64,000 bases of DNA from an uncultured delta proteobacterium (GTDB lineage: Bacteria > Desulfobacterota > RBG-13-43-22), in NCBI GenBank assembly GCA_963790475.1, contig CAWBOS010000015.1, positions 352,001 through 416,000 of the forward strand, written 5' to 3'. Below the pieces are notes generated by a model. That model saw nothing but the letters and a program-made list of their open reading frames with translations. It was not told the origin of the DNA and made no database searches. Both the position numbers and the translations under genes were made by a program. Below, piece by piece: positions 49,585-59,728 of this stretch (within the stretch, counting starts at the first letter, position 1; each line of letters opens with the position of its first letter).

Positions 49585-52482
49585 CTACTCGTATTCCTCC
49601 AAAAGTTTCTCTAGTTCAGAAATACTAGGGTCGCCCATAGCCTTCCCCACATCGAGGGCTTGTCTCAGGAGGGGTATTCCCTCCTCTTTTTTGCCCTCTC
49701 GGCAGAGCAACAGGCCGAAATCGCGACCTATATTAAAAAGCCCTGCTCCGCTGTTCGTTTCCCTGGCCAGTTGGAGGGCCTCGGTGAATCCCTCAAGGGC
49801 CTCCTTGACCTGTCCATTCTGTAAATGGATGTGGGCCATATTGTGTAAGGTTGCTATCATGCCCGCCCGGTTGCCAATCTCTCGACTGATCTCAAGGCTC
49901 TTCTGGAGGTAGTCGAGGGCCGTCACATAGTCCCCTTGGGCATCGTAGATCTGGCTCATGTTGTTGAGGGTTGTGCCTTCGCCTACCCGGACGCCGATCT
50001 CCCGATAGATCTCGAGGCTCTTCTGGAGGTAGTCGAGGGCCGTCACATAGTCCCCTTGGGCATCGTAGATCTGGCTCATGTTGTTGACTGTAGTACCTTC
50101 GCCTTCCCGGTTGCCGATCTCCAGATGGATCTCCAGGCTCTTCTGGAGGTATTCAAGGGCCGTAGCGTAATCCCCACGGGCTTTGTAGATATGGCTGATG
50201 TTGTTGAGTGTAGTACCTTCGCCCGCCCGGTCACCGATCTCCCGTCTGATCTCCAGGCTCTTCTGGAGGTATTCGAGGGCCGTCACATAATCCCCTCGGG
50301 CATCGCAGATCTGGCTGATGTTGTTGAGGGTTATGCCTTCACCTTCCCGGTTGTCAATCTCCAGATAGATCTCCTGGCTTTTTTGGAGGTAATCGAGGGC
50401 CGTGGCGTAGTCCCCTCGGGCAGAATAGATTTGGCTCATGTTGTTTAGTGTAGCACCTTCGCCTTCCCGGTTGCCGATCCCCCGACTGATCTCCAGGCTC
50501 TTCTGAAGGTAGTCGAGGGCCGTGGGGTAGTCCCCTCGAGCAGAGTAGATCTGGCTCATGTTGTTGAGTGTAGTACCTTCGCCTTCCCGGTTGCCGATCT
50601 CCAGATGGATCTCCAGGCTCTTCTGGAGGTATTCAAGGGCCGTAGCGTAATCCCCACGGGCTTTGTAGATATGGCTGATGTTGTTGAGTGTAGCACCTTC
50701 GCCTTTCCGGTTGCCGATCTCCCGATAGATTTTAAGGGCCTGTTCTAAGGAAACTCGTGCCACATCGAGCTGGCCGTCCATTTGTAGGCTTCTGGCCATA
50801 TCGAATAGAAGACTGCATTTTTGTTGAGGATTCGTGCTGTGGTCTAAGGCATCGGTGAGCAGCTCGATCCGGATTTTGTGGAGTCCTCGTCCGGAGAGAT
50901 CCTGCCCCAGCTTGTGGGCAATCTCCACCGCCTTTTCAAAATCACCTGACCTCTGGGTCCTCCAATAATCGATCATCTCATCCAGCCATTGCCGAACATT
51001 CAATTCGAGGTTATCTTTAGCCCATCGGTCGGCCTGTTCCCTCATCCATATGAAGGTCAGGTTCTTCGAGGCAATCGATTCGGCTTCTTTCAGAAATGCG
51101 CTCGCTTCCGGGGCCTGCCCTTCTTTCAGCTTATGAACGGCCAACTCTAACTTGGTCTGACTTCGTTCTTTATTGTCACCCAGGTCGGAAAGATATTCCA
51201 ACAGCTCCGTATTATTTTTTTTCTCTTTGAATGCTTCTTTTTCTGTTTCAAGTTTTTGCCATAACTCTTTTCTTTTTCTTTCTCTTTCACCCCGGTCGCT
51301 AAAATAGACCTCGAAAAACTCAACCAGATAAACCAGACGTTTTCTTTGTATCCGAGACTCGCTCATGGCCAGCCAGAGATCAAAAAATCCCTCTTTGATG
51401 CGGTAGATTCTGGACCGTTTGTCCTGAGGATTATCGGAAGCAGTTAAGTAACCGGCCTTGGTCATGCGCTGCAACAAGGAAGAAATCTGTTGCGGGGATT
51501 TTCTGAGATGCTTGGCGATATTGGCCGGGGTCCGAGGTTCGGAGCGTTGAAGGGCAATAATCTCCAACAAGGCCCTTTCCTGGGGGGGAAGATCTTTAAG
51601 GCGATCCTGATAAAAGGGGGAGATCTGATCCAGCAACTTCTGAAGCTGCATTTTAACATCCTGTAGATTGTCGTGAGCGATTAATTCATAAAGCATCATA
51701 ATAAGTCGCGGGTTTCCTCCGGTCATAGTATGGATGGCCTGAATTTTTGGCGTTAAAGATTCAAGGTTCTCCAGAATAGGGTAGCACTGCTCCCATTCCA
51801 GATTTTTTCGGATCATTTCCAGGGTCTGTTCTTCGGTCAGGTCTTCCAATACCTGAGTGTCAAAAAATTCATAGAGCGGGCTTTTTTGATTATAGAGGGA
51901 AGGGAAATAAACCGGCGAGGTCCCTATCAGGGTGGCACAGGGGGAATCCATTAGAAAACTTCTCAGGCGATGGATATCCTGTTCTTGTTTAATCTGTTCC
52001 GTTAACAGGGTATCGAGATTCTCAAGAAAAATCAGAAGGGTTTTGCCGGTTTTCTTATGGTAGCTTTTCAATCTGGGAACGATAGTATCAATAATATCAT
52101 CGTCCCTTTCATTCTCGGAAGCGGATTGATGAAGCTGGCGCCAACTTCCATCATCGGTTACCTCCCCGAGAATCTCGGTGATACCCAGGAGTATATCTGC
52201 AAAAGAGAGCAGCCGATTGTTCTCTTCCGGAAACCTAATGACAGTGTAACGTTTTTTCAGATTCTTTTTCGTGTTCACTGCATTTTCGATTAGGGTTAGA
52301 AAATGGGTTTTCCCGATCCCCCTGGGGCCGATAAATAAATAATGCTGCCCCCCTTTTTTCCCGGCCTGTCGTTCAAGCTTTTCGACCAGATCCTCCAACA
52401 TCTCTTTTCTACCAACCGTGATTTCCAACACCCGGTCAAGGGGGGTGATATTAGCCCTGAATAAACCTACAGGCGAATCCAT
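49585..52482 (-). CDS. STAND-like ATPase + winged HTH + TPR array
   Basis: GPRGIGKT Walker A, LLIFLENLD atypical Walker B, GGNPR, wHTH (TPANIAKHLRKSPQQISSLLQRM..AGYL), 40-aa TPRs. GGAGG RBS before MDSPV. Confidence 0.88.
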   Translation of the reverse strand: MDSPVGLFRANITPLDRVLEITVGRKEMLEDLVEKLERQAGKKGGQHYLFIGPRGIGKTHFLTLIENAVNTKKNLKKRYTVIRFPEENNRLLSFADILLGITEILGEVTDDGSWRQLHQSASENERDDDIIDTIVPRLKSYHKKTGKTLLIFLENLDTLLTEQIKQEQDIHRLRSFLMDSPCATLIGTSPVYFPSLYNQKSPLYEFFDTQVLEDLTEEQTLEMIRKNLEWEQCYPILENLESLTPKIQAIHTMTGGNPRLIMMLYELIAHDNLQDVKMQLQKLLDQISPFYQDRLKDLPPQERALLEIIALQRSEPRTPANIAKHLRKSPQQISSLLQRMTKAGYLTASDNPQDKRSRIYRIKEGFFDLWLAMSESRIQRKRLVYLVEFFEVYFSDRGERERKRKELWQKLETEKEAFKEKKNNTELLEYLSDLGDNKERSQTKLELAVHKLKEGQAPEASAFLKEAESIASKNLTFIWMREQADRWAKDNLELNVRQWLDEMIDYWRTQRSGDFEKAVEIAHKLGQDLSGRGLHKIRIELLTDALDHSTNPQQKCSLLFDMARSLQMDGQLDVARVSLEQALKIYREIGNRKGEGATLNNISHIYKARGDYATALEYLQKSLEIHLEIGNREGEGTTLNNMSQIYSARGDYPTALDYLQKSLEISRGIGNREGEGATLNNMSQIYSARGDYATALDYLQKSQEIYLEIDNREGEGITLNNISQICDARGDYVTALEYLQKSLEIRREIGDRAGEGTTLNNISHIYKARGDYATALEYLQKSLEIHLEIGNREGEGTTVNNMSQIYDAQGDYVTALDYLQKSLEIYREIGVRVGEGTTLNNMSQIYDAQGDYVTALDYLQKSLEISREIGNRAGMIATLHNMAHIHLQNGQVKEALEGFTEALQLARETNSGAGLFNIGRDFGLLLCREGKKEEGIPLLRQALDVGKAMGDPSISELEKLLEEYE
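49861..50740 (-). repeat. Coding tandem repeat, 120-bp unit, about 7 copies (TPRs)
   Basis: 50101-50220 and 50581-50700 differ at 1 of 120 nt. Consensus is GNREGEGxTLNNxSxIYxAxGDYxTALxYLQKSLEIxxEI. Confidence 0.95.
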
Positions 52483-52483
52483 G

Positions 52484-53716
52484 TTATTGACCTCCGTTTT
52501 CGTAACCATAATATTTCTTCCACCAGGTTTTCAGCAAACGGCTGGAAAAATCGTATTGGCCTTCCTTGACCTCTTCGATATAGAAATCACTTTGAAGGTA
52601 CAAGATAAGACGCTGAAAGGCCTGATTCAGGAAATGGCCCGTTCGTCCCCCTGATTTTTTTTCCTCCACCTGCCGATAGAGGTCTCTGAGCGTCTCCCGG
52701 GAAATGCCGTCAGCACTTAAAGAAAGTCTATTTAATAGATAACAGGCCGCTTCTCGGTCTTCAGGCGGATAATGGCAGTCTATGCGTGAACGGTAATGCT
52801 GGAGTTTGTCCCTGGCCATCTCGCCGAGCAGGGTCTTGTTGAAAACATCCGTTACGGTGCCCATTGAAATCGGCTCAGACCGGTTTCGTTTCCATTGGCG
52901 GTATAACTCCTGGGTAAGCATTTGCAGAAAGAGAGGAATCGGGGAACCGAGTAATTCGATAATGCGAGGCACCACCGTTTCATCAAACCGAACCTTGTTT
53001 TTCTTGAACATGCCGGTAACAAATTTTTCCACTTCAATCGGGCTGAACGGCAAGAGAGGTTCGATTTTGAGATCATTGATCAGCTTCACCTTTCCCTGTT
53101 GGTCAAGGGAGGCTGTTAGATTAACGGATCCGCCGATAAGCCAGCGGACATTGGCTTCTAAAGACCTTTCTCTGATTTTCCTGAACCAGTGCAGAAAAGT
53201 TTCATATTCCGCGGCGGAATGAGCCAGCATACCAGAGAGCATATCGGGGAGTTCATCGATAATGAACAGGATCTTGCGGTTTGAATCGATGACCCGGTCT
53301 ACCAATTGGGTGGCCCGTTCCTTCCATTTTTCATTCAGATCTTCACTCTTGCGCAGTTCAATTTTAAAATCGGATACTTCAATTTTTTGGATTTTTGAAA
53401 AAACCCTAGAGAGATAATCCCAGCCTTTTGCTAGAGTATCCCGCAAGTATTCCGGTTGATGTTCCTGTATAGCGTCTACTAAGGTGATGAAAAAATCACC
53501 GGGTGTTTTAAGGTCCTCCACGTTGAGGTGAACAACCAGCCATCCCTTTTTGGGGCAGTCCAACATCCTGTACATCACACTGGTCTTTCCTATCCTCCGG
53601 GGGGCTAACAAGAGAACATTGTGTTTTTTTAATGAGCTCCATAAATTTTCAAGTAGTTCCCTTCGAAATAAGAAATCCCCTTCCCTGGCAACGCTTCCAA
53701 CAATGAAATCAGCCAT
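52484..53716 (-). CDS. P-loop ATPase (archaeal-ATPase/STAND-like) with C-terminal helical/wHTH region
   Basis: LAPRRIGKTS Walker A, LFIIDELP Walker B, IGGS sensor; its stop lies 1 nt before the next ATG. Confidence 0.88.
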   Translation of the reverse strand: MADFIVGSVAREGDFLFRRELLENLWSSLKKHNVLLLAPRRIGKTSVMYRMLDCPKKGWLVVHLNVEDLKTPGDFFITLVDAIQEHQPEYLRDTLAKGWDYLSRVFSKIQKIEVSDFKIELRKSEDLNEKWKERATQLVDRVIDSNRKILFIIDELPDMLSGMLAHSAAEYETFLHWFRKIRERSLEANVRWLIGGSVNLTASLDQQGKVKLINDLKIEPLLPFSPIEVEKFVTGMFKKNKVRFDETVVPRIIELLGSPIPLFLQMLTQELYRQWKRNRSEPISMGTVTDVFNKTLLGEMARDKLQHYRSRIDCHYPPEDREAACYLLNRLSLSADGISRETLRDLYRQVEEKKSGGRTGHFLNQAFQRLILYLQSDFYIEEVKEGQYDFSSRLLKTWWKKYYGYENGGQ

Positions 53717-53745
53717 GGAGCCCTCCTTATTTATAAAACTTATTT

Positions 53746-53824
53746 GTTGTACAACTTAACAGTATTATAATTAACAGGAAATTTATGTCAATAAAAAAAA
53801 TAAAACAATATTGTTGTAAAACAA
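53746..53824 (-). promoter_or_regulatory. Sigma-70 promoter of the ATPase pair flanked by two related palindromes
   Basis: TTGACA-16-TATAAT (53791-53764); GTTGTACAAC (53746-53755) and TTGTTGTAAAACAA (53811-53824). Confidence 0.65.
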
Positions 53825-53928
53825 TTTAGACTTATATTTATTTTGATTTGGCTTAAAAGATAATAAACTGTAGGAGTTATATCAGGTTAGCTTATGTTGG
53901 GTTGGGTATGAGATCAATCCATCTTGGC

Positions 53929-53973
53929 AAAAAAAATCCCCTGTCTCTCCAAAATCGGAGGGACAGGGGATTT
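53929..53973 (-). terminator. Rho-independent terminator of dnaK
   Basis: AAATCCCCTGTC(C/T)CTCC stem followed by a U8 tract on the minus strand. Confidence 0.85.
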
Positions 53974-54000
53974 AACTGATTAACGGTTACTCAGAATTAT

Positions 54001-55908
54001 TTATTTCACTTCTTCAAAGTCAGCATCGACCACGTCGTCATCAGGCTTCTTTCCGCCGGATGGACCGGCTTCGGGCCCCGGACCGGCGCCAGGTCCTTGC
54101 TGACTGGCCTGGGAATACATCTTTTCGGCCAGCTTGTGCGAGGTCTGGGTCAGTTCATCGGTCAGCCTCTGGATCTCTCCGGCATCGCTGCCTTCCATGG
54201 CTTTCTTCAAGCGCTCAATGACTGAGTCGATATCCGATTTCAGGGAACTCTCCACCTTGTCCCCCAGATCCTTGACGGTTTTTTCCGTCGAATAGATCAG
54301 GGTATCGGCATGGTTTCGGGCTTCAGCCAGTTCCTTTTTCTTTTTATCTTCTTCCGAGTGCATCTCGGCATCCTTGACCAGACGTTTGATCTCTTCTTCG
54401 CTCAAGCCGCTGGAGGCCGTGATCTTGATGGACTGCTCCTTGCCGGTCCCCAGATCCTTGGCCGAAACATGGACGATCCCGTTGGCATCGATATCAAAAG
54501 TAACCTCGATCTGCGGCAGGCCCCGGGGGGCCGGCGGAATACCGGTCAATTCGAAGCGGCCGAGGGTCTTGTTGTCGGCCGCCATTTCCCGTTCGCCCTG
54601 GAGGACATGGATGGAAACGGCCGGCTGATTATCGGCGGCTGTGGAAAAGGTCTGGCTTTTCCGGGTCGGGATGGTGGTGTTCTTCTCAATCAGTTTGGTA
54701 TGAACACCGCCCAGGGTCTCGATCCCCAGAGACAAGGGGGTCACGTCCAAAAGCAGAACGTCTTTCACGTCCCCTTTTAATACCCCGGCCTGAATACCGG
54801 CCCCGATGGCCACCACTTCATCGGGATTCACGCCCTTGTGCGGTTCACGTCCGAAGAGCTCCTTGACCTTTTGTTGGACCTTCGGCATCCGGGTCATTCC
54901 GCCTACCAGGATGACTTCCTGGATCTGATCAATCGACAATCCGGCGTCTTTTAAAGCCATTCGGCAGGGACCGGCCACTTTTTCCACCAGGTCTTCCACC
55001 AGCATTTCCAGCTTGGCCCGGGACAGCTTGATGTTCAGATGCTTGGGACCGCTGGCATCGGCGGTGATAAAGGGCAGGTTGATATCTGTTTCCATGGCCG
55101 TGGACAGCTCCATCTTGGCCTTTTCCGCTGCCTCTTTCAGGCGCTGGAGGGCCATTTTGTCGCTCCGCAAATCGATGCCCTGGTCCTTGCGGAACTCCGC
55201 CGCCAGATAATCAATGACCCGCAAGTCGAAATCTTCCCCACCCAGGTGGGTATCCCCATTGGTGGATTTGACTTCAAAAACCCCTTCTCCGATTTCAAGA
55301 ATGGAAATATCAAAAGTTCCGCCGCCCAAATCAAAGACGGCGATCTTCTCGTCCTTCTTTTTATCCAGGCCATAAGCCAGGGCGGCCGCCGTCGGTTCGT
55401 TAATGATCCGCTGGACATTCAATCCGGCAATGCGGCCGGCGTCCTTGGTGGCCTGCCGCTGGCTGTCATTAAAATAGGCCGGCACGGTGATTACAGCGTC
55501 GGTGACCTTTTCACCCAGATATTCTTCCGCCGTTTGCTTCATCTTGACCAGGATCATGGAAGAAATCTCGGCCGGGCTGTATTCCTTGCCTTGAATCATG
55601 ATGTGGGCATCGCCGTTGGCGGCCTTAACGATCTTGTAGGGAAGGATATGGATATCGCCCTGGACTTCCGGGGTATCATATTTACGCCCGATCAGCCGCT
55701 TAACGGCATAGACCGTGTTGGTCGGATTGGTTATGGCCTGCCGTTTGGCGACCTGACCGACCAGCCGTTCGTTGTTGTCCGTTACGGAAACCACCGAAGG
55801 GGTTGTGCGGCTCCCTTCCACGTTCGCAATTACCTTCGGGTCTCCACCCTCCATGATAGCCACACACGAATTGGTGGTCCCCAAATCAATTCCAATAATT
55901 TTACTCAT
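54001..55908 (-). CDS. dnaK: Chaperone DnaK
   Basis: [37 protein letters not shown]. Confidence 0.99.
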   Translation of the reverse strand: MSKIIGIDLGTTNSCVAIMEGGDPKVIANVEGSRTTPSVVSVTDNNERLVGQVAKRQAITNPTNTVYAVKRLIGRKYDTPEVQGDIHILPYKIVKAANGDAHIMIQGKEYSPAEISSMILVKMKQTAEEYLGEKVTDAVITVPAYFNDSQRQATKDAGRIAGLNVQRIINEPTAAALAYGLDKKKDEKIAVFDLGGGTFDISILEIGEGVFEVKSTNGDTHLGGEDFDLRVIDYLAAEFRKDQGIDLRSDKMALQRLKEAAEKAKMELSTAMETDINLPFITADASGPKHLNIKLSRAKLEMLVEDLVEKVAGPCRMALKDAGLSIDQIQEVILVGGMTRMPKVQQKVKELFGREPHKGVNPDEVVAIGAGIQAGVLKGDVKDVLLLDVTPLSLGIETLGGVHTKLIEKNTTIPTRKSQTFSTAADNQPAVSIHVLQGEREMAADNKTLGRFELTGIPPAPRGLPQIEVTFDIDANGIVHVSAKDLGTGKEQSIKITASSGLSEEEIKRLVKDAEMHSEEDKKKKELAEARNHADTLIYSTEKTVKDLGDKVESSLKSDIDSVIERLKKAMEGSDAGEIQRLTDELTQTSHKLAEKMYSQASQQGPGAGPGPEAGPSGGKKPDDDVVDADFEEVK

Positions 55909-56036
55909 AATCTCCTCCTTATAATTTTATCAATCTACTAAATATCTAAACAGGGAGACAAAAATCTGTTGTTTTTCAATCATCCTGTATGTTTTGCCTT
56001 TTTTATACCCGGTCAGGCCCGACCTCTTTTTTAAGA

Positions 56037-56624
56037 TCAGGATTCGGGATCTTCATCAGGGTTCAGTTCCGGTTTTTTGGAAACAACCACCATAGCCGGA
56101 CGAACTAAACGGTTATGTAAACGGTAACCGATTTGCAACTGAGAAATAACCTGGCCGGCCGGTTTTTGGGCATCCTCCTGAACCATGACCGCCTCATGAT
56201 GGTTGGGGTCAAATTCTTCCCCCATAGCCTCGATGCGGGTGATTCCGTATTTTTCCAGGACCGTCCAAAATGATTTGTGGGTCAATTCGACCCCATCGAG
56301 AAGGGCCTTGAGGTTCCCGGATTCCCGGCCGTGCTCCAGAGCCCGTTCCAGATTGTCCAGCACCGGCAGCAGGTCTTTCAATATATTTTCATTGGCGAAT
56401 TTGTAAGTCTCACCTTTTTCTTTTTCCACCCTCTTTTTATAATTTTCCAACTCGGCGGAAAGTCGAAGATAGCGGTCATAATTTTCCTGGGCTTCTTTTT
56501 CTTTTTCCTTAAACCTGGCTTCCCAATCGGTTTTTTCTTCTTTTCCGGCCTTGGGTTTTATTTCCTCATCGGCCCCTGAAGATTTGGGCCGGGAATGTTC
56601 TTCTGTCACTTTAATATGGGTCAA
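56037..56624 (-). CDS. grpE: Nucleotide exchange factor GrpE
   Basis: AELENYKKR, LLPVLDNLERAL, FDPNHHEA, GYRLHNRLVRPAMV. Confidence 0.97.
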   Translation of the reverse strand: MTHIKVTEEHSRPKSSGADEEIKPKAGKEEKTDWEARFKEKEKEAQENYDRYLRLSAELENYKKRVEKEKGETYKFANENILKDLLPVLDNLERALEHGRESGNLKALLDGVELTHKSFWTVLEKYGITRIEAMGEEFDPNHHEAVMVQEDAQKPAGQVISQLQIGYRLHNRLVRPAMVVVSKKPELNPDEDPES

Positions 56625-56698
56625 ATGGTTTACCTCTCTACTATAAATATTTTCCTAATTTAAGCAGCCTAATCATTCGCGGAATTCGCTGTTAATAA

Positions 56699-57736
56699 TC
56701 AAATCTTGTTTTCCAGGATCCGGCTGATGACCCTGGCCGTATAGTCTACGATCGGTATCACCCGATCGTAGTTCATCCGGGTCGGACCGATCACGCCCAG
56801 AGTGCCGATAGGATATTCCCCTTTGGTGTAGGCAGAGGTAATCACGCTGCACCCCTCCATTTCATTGATCTGGGTTTCCGAGCCGATAAAAATCTGAATT
56901 CCGATGGCGTTGATGCTTTTTTCCAATAAGCGTATTAATATATTTTTCTCTTCAAAGGCCCTGAAAAGGTCCCGTAATATTTTGATCTGACTGAATTCCG
57001 GATACTGCATCAGGTTGGTCCGGCCTTCGATATACACTTCCCCAATCGATTCTTCTTGGAAGGCCTGGTTGGAAATTTCCAGGGCCCTGGACAACAAGGC
57101 ATCAAAGTCATCCTTGTCTTTTTTCATTTCCTCCAGGACCTTTTGTTTGAGCTGATCCAGGGTCAGGTCACAAAGTAATTCATTGAGATACTGGGTCAGC
57201 CGGTCCAGTTCAACCTGAGAAAGGTTGTCTTCGATTTCAATGAGTTTATTCTGAACCAGTCCTGCCTGGGTAACCAGGACCATTAAAACCAGATTTTCCC
57301 TCAATCGAATGAATTCTATATGTTTAAAAATCGTAACCGAGGACTTGGGCCGGGAAACAATCGCCGCCTGTTCGGTGACCACGGCCAGCATCCGGGAAGT
57401 GGTTTTTAACAGTTCCTCCACTTCTTGGCTGCTTTCCAATAAGTAATTTTCGATCCTTCGCTTTTCCGAATCGGCTAAAGGACGCAACTCCAGGATAGAG
57501 TTGACATAAAAGCGCAGTCCATTCTCCGTCGGCACTCTGCCGGCTGATACATGGGGTTGAGTGATCAACCCAATGTCTTCCAGATCGGACATAATATTTC
57601 TTATAGTGGCCGGACTTAGATGGATATCGCTTCTTTTGGATATCGCCCGGGACCCAACCGGTTCGGCTGTTTCTATATAATCCCTGACAATGGCATCCAA
57701 AATAGTCCGGTTTCTTTGGTTCAGGACTATGCTCAT
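56699..57736 (-). CDS. hrcA: Heat-inducible repressor HrcA
   Basis: EPVGSR, SPATIRN, PHVSAGRVPT, GVIGPTRMNY. Confidence 0.97.
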   Translation of the reverse strand: MSIVLNQRNRTILDAIVRDYIETAEPVGSRAISKRSDIHLSPATIRNIMSDLEDIGLITQPHVSAGRVPTENGLRFYVNSILELRPLADSEKRRIENYLLESSQEVEELLKTTSRMLAVVTEQAAIVSRPKSSVTIFKHIEFIRLRENLVLMVLVTQAGLVQNKLIEIEDNLSQVELDRLTQYLNELLCDLTLDQLKQKVLEEMKKDKDDFDALLSRALEISNQAFQEESIGEVYIEGRTNLMQYPEFSQIKILRDLFRAFEEKNILIRLLEKSINAIGIQIFIGSETQINEMEGCSVITSAYTKGEYPIGTLGVIGPTRMNYDRVIPIVDYTARVISRILENKI

Positions 57737-57900
57737 ATATAAACAGGTATTATCCCTGAAAATTATTCAATTATTGAGGTAAAAGTGTAACCTAAATCTA
57801 ATTACCGCTTGAGCCTTTGTCAAGCCAAACGGATTAAAAATAGGGGAATTAGGAGGCTCCCGGCCGTTTTTCTAGTAGGGCTTTTTCCGGGCCCTGGGGA

Positions 57901-58653
57901 TTATATGGTTGACCCTCCATCAACGGCCAGGACCTGGCCGGTGACATAACTGGAAGCATCCGAGGCCAGGAAAATAACGGCCCCCACCATTTCTTCCGGA
58001 TCGGCTATCCGTCCCATCGGATTTCTGCCGGTCACCGCCTTCAGGATTTCCGGATTACTCCAAAGGGGTTGGCTGAAGCCGGTTTTGGTCATGCCCGGGG
58101 CTACGACGTTGGCCCGGATATTATAGGGAGCCCATTGCTGAGCCATGACCTTGGTGGCCATGATCACCCCGGCCTTACTGATGGAGTATATCGGCAATAT
58201 ATCAGGGCTGATTCCGGCAATGGAGGCAATATTGATGATTTTGCCCCCACCCTTTTCCTTCATTACCCTGGCCACTGCCTGGCTAAGGAAAAACAAACCC
58301 TTAAGATTCAGATTCATAACCGAATCCCAGGCCCGGTCATCTACGTCCAGGGCAGAAGCCATGGTGGGATTCGTGGCGGCATTGTTCACCAGGATATCAA
58401 TCTTCCCAAACTCTTCCTGGACCCTTTTGACCAGATTGTTGATTTCCTCAATCCGGCCTACATGAGCTGCAGTCGGAAGGCATTTTCGTCCTGTTTTTCT
58501 GATCTCCTCGGCCGCTTTTTCCAGATCAGGAAGTTTCCGGCTGGCGATGGCCAGGTCGGCCCCGGCCTCGGCCAATCCCAGGGCAATCGCTTTGCCGATT
58601 CCCCGGCCGGCACCGGTGACCAGGGCAACTTTATTCTTCAATGAAAAATCCAT
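57901..58653 (-). CDS. Short-chain dehydrogenase/reductase (DHRS4-like)
   Basis: TGAGRGIG, NNAA, YSISK. Confidence 0.94.
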   Translation of the reverse strand: MDFSLKNKVALVTGAGRGIGKAIALGLAEAGADLAIASRKLPDLEKAAEEIRKTGRKCLPTAAHVGRIEEINNLVKRVQEEFGKIDILVNNAATNPTMASALDVDDRAWDSVMNLNLKGLFFLSQAVARVMKEKGGGKIINIASIAGISPDILPIYSISKAGVIMATKVMAQQWAPYNIRANVVAPGMTKTGFSQPLWSNPEILKAVTGRNPMGRIADPEEMVGAVIFLASDASSYVTGQVLAVDGGSTI

Positions 58654-58918
58654 TTTTCTTACCTCCCTTGAAGGAATTTCCCTTTTTAAAAGAAAGGAGT
58701 ATAAAACAAAAAAGAAACAGGGGTCAAGGAGAATAAAAGAACTGGCCCCTTCACTTTTCTCCTGCTATCAAAACCAAGAGGAACTTCTTACGAGTTGCCA
58801 ACCCTCAGACTCCAGACAACTTTTTTGGAAGGAATTTTTTTTAAACATTTTTTTCTTGCTAATTTATTCTCAGGACATAGAATTCGGATAAAATAAAAAA
58901 ATCTTTGGAGGTTTGACC

Positions 58919-59728
58919 ATGTTTGATCTATCCAGGTTTTCACTAACAGGTAAAACGGCGATTGTGACCGGCGGCAGTCGCGGCATCGGCAAAGCCATTG
59001 CCCAGGGGTTTGCCAAGGCCGGGGCCAGGGTTGCCGTCACCAGCCGTAAGATTAACGATCTGGAAACGACCGCTGCGGAAATTAAGGCCTTTGGAGGAGA
59101 GGCCTTCCCCATTCAGGCCCATCTGGGCAAGATAGAAGAAATCAATAAAATGGTCGACACCGTGATGGGTAAGTTCGGAAGAATCGATATCCTGGTCAAC
59201 AATGCCGGGGCCAGCCCGGCCATGGGTAGTGTGCTGGAATCTGATGAGCGCCTCTGGGACACCATCATGAACCTGAACATGAAAGGTCTTTATTTCACCA
59301 GCCAGGCGGTGGCCAGGGTCATGAAGAAACAAGGGGGTGGAAAAATCATCAACTTCGCTTCCATCGACGGCTTCAGCCCGGAACGCAATGTGAGCGTTTA
59401 TAGTATTTCCAAAGCGGGCGTCCGCATGATAACCAAGGCCTTTGCCTTGGAATTGGCCCCCTTTAATATCCAGGTGAATGCCATCGCTCCCGGACCGATC
59501 AGCACCAAGATGTTAAATTCCCATTGGTTCCACCTCCCCCCGGAAGAGGCCAAAAAGGGGCAGGAGGCCATGGCCAGGATGACCCCCATGGGACGTATCG
59601 GCCAACCGGACGAAATAGTCGGAGCGGCGGTTTACCTGGCTTCCGATGCTTCCAGCTACACTACCGGGACTGAAATTGTTATCGACGGCGGGGTGTTGCA
59701 AGGCAAAGGCCTGGAGCCTACCGGTTGA
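58919..59728 (+). CDS. Short-chain dehydrogenase/reductase (DHRS4-like)
   Basis: TGGSRGIG, NNAG, YSISK; GGAGG RBS. Confidence 0.94.
   Translation: MFDLSRFSLTGKTAIVTGGSRGIGKAIAQGFAKAGARVAVTSRKINDLETTAAEIKAFGGEAFPIQAHLGKIEEINKMVDTVMGKFGRIDILVNNAGASPAMGSVLESDERLWDTIMNLNMKGLYFTSQAVARVMKKQGGGKIINFASIDGFSPERNVSVYSISKAGVRMITKAFALELAPFNIQVNAIAPGPISTKMLNSHWFHLPPEEAKKGQEAMARMTPMGRIGQPDEIVGAAVYLASDASSYTTGTEIVIDGGVLQGKGLEPTG

Noticed and set aside
49861-50740. 120-bp repeats as a CRISPR array or DGR template/variable repeats
   Set aside because: They are in-frame coding TPR units without unique spacers. No cas or reverse transcriptase gene is present, and the differences are not confined to adenines.
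55039-55941. 300-aa ORF antisense to dnaK
   Set aside because: A well-known shadow frame opposite dnaK caused by codon bias; no independent evidence.
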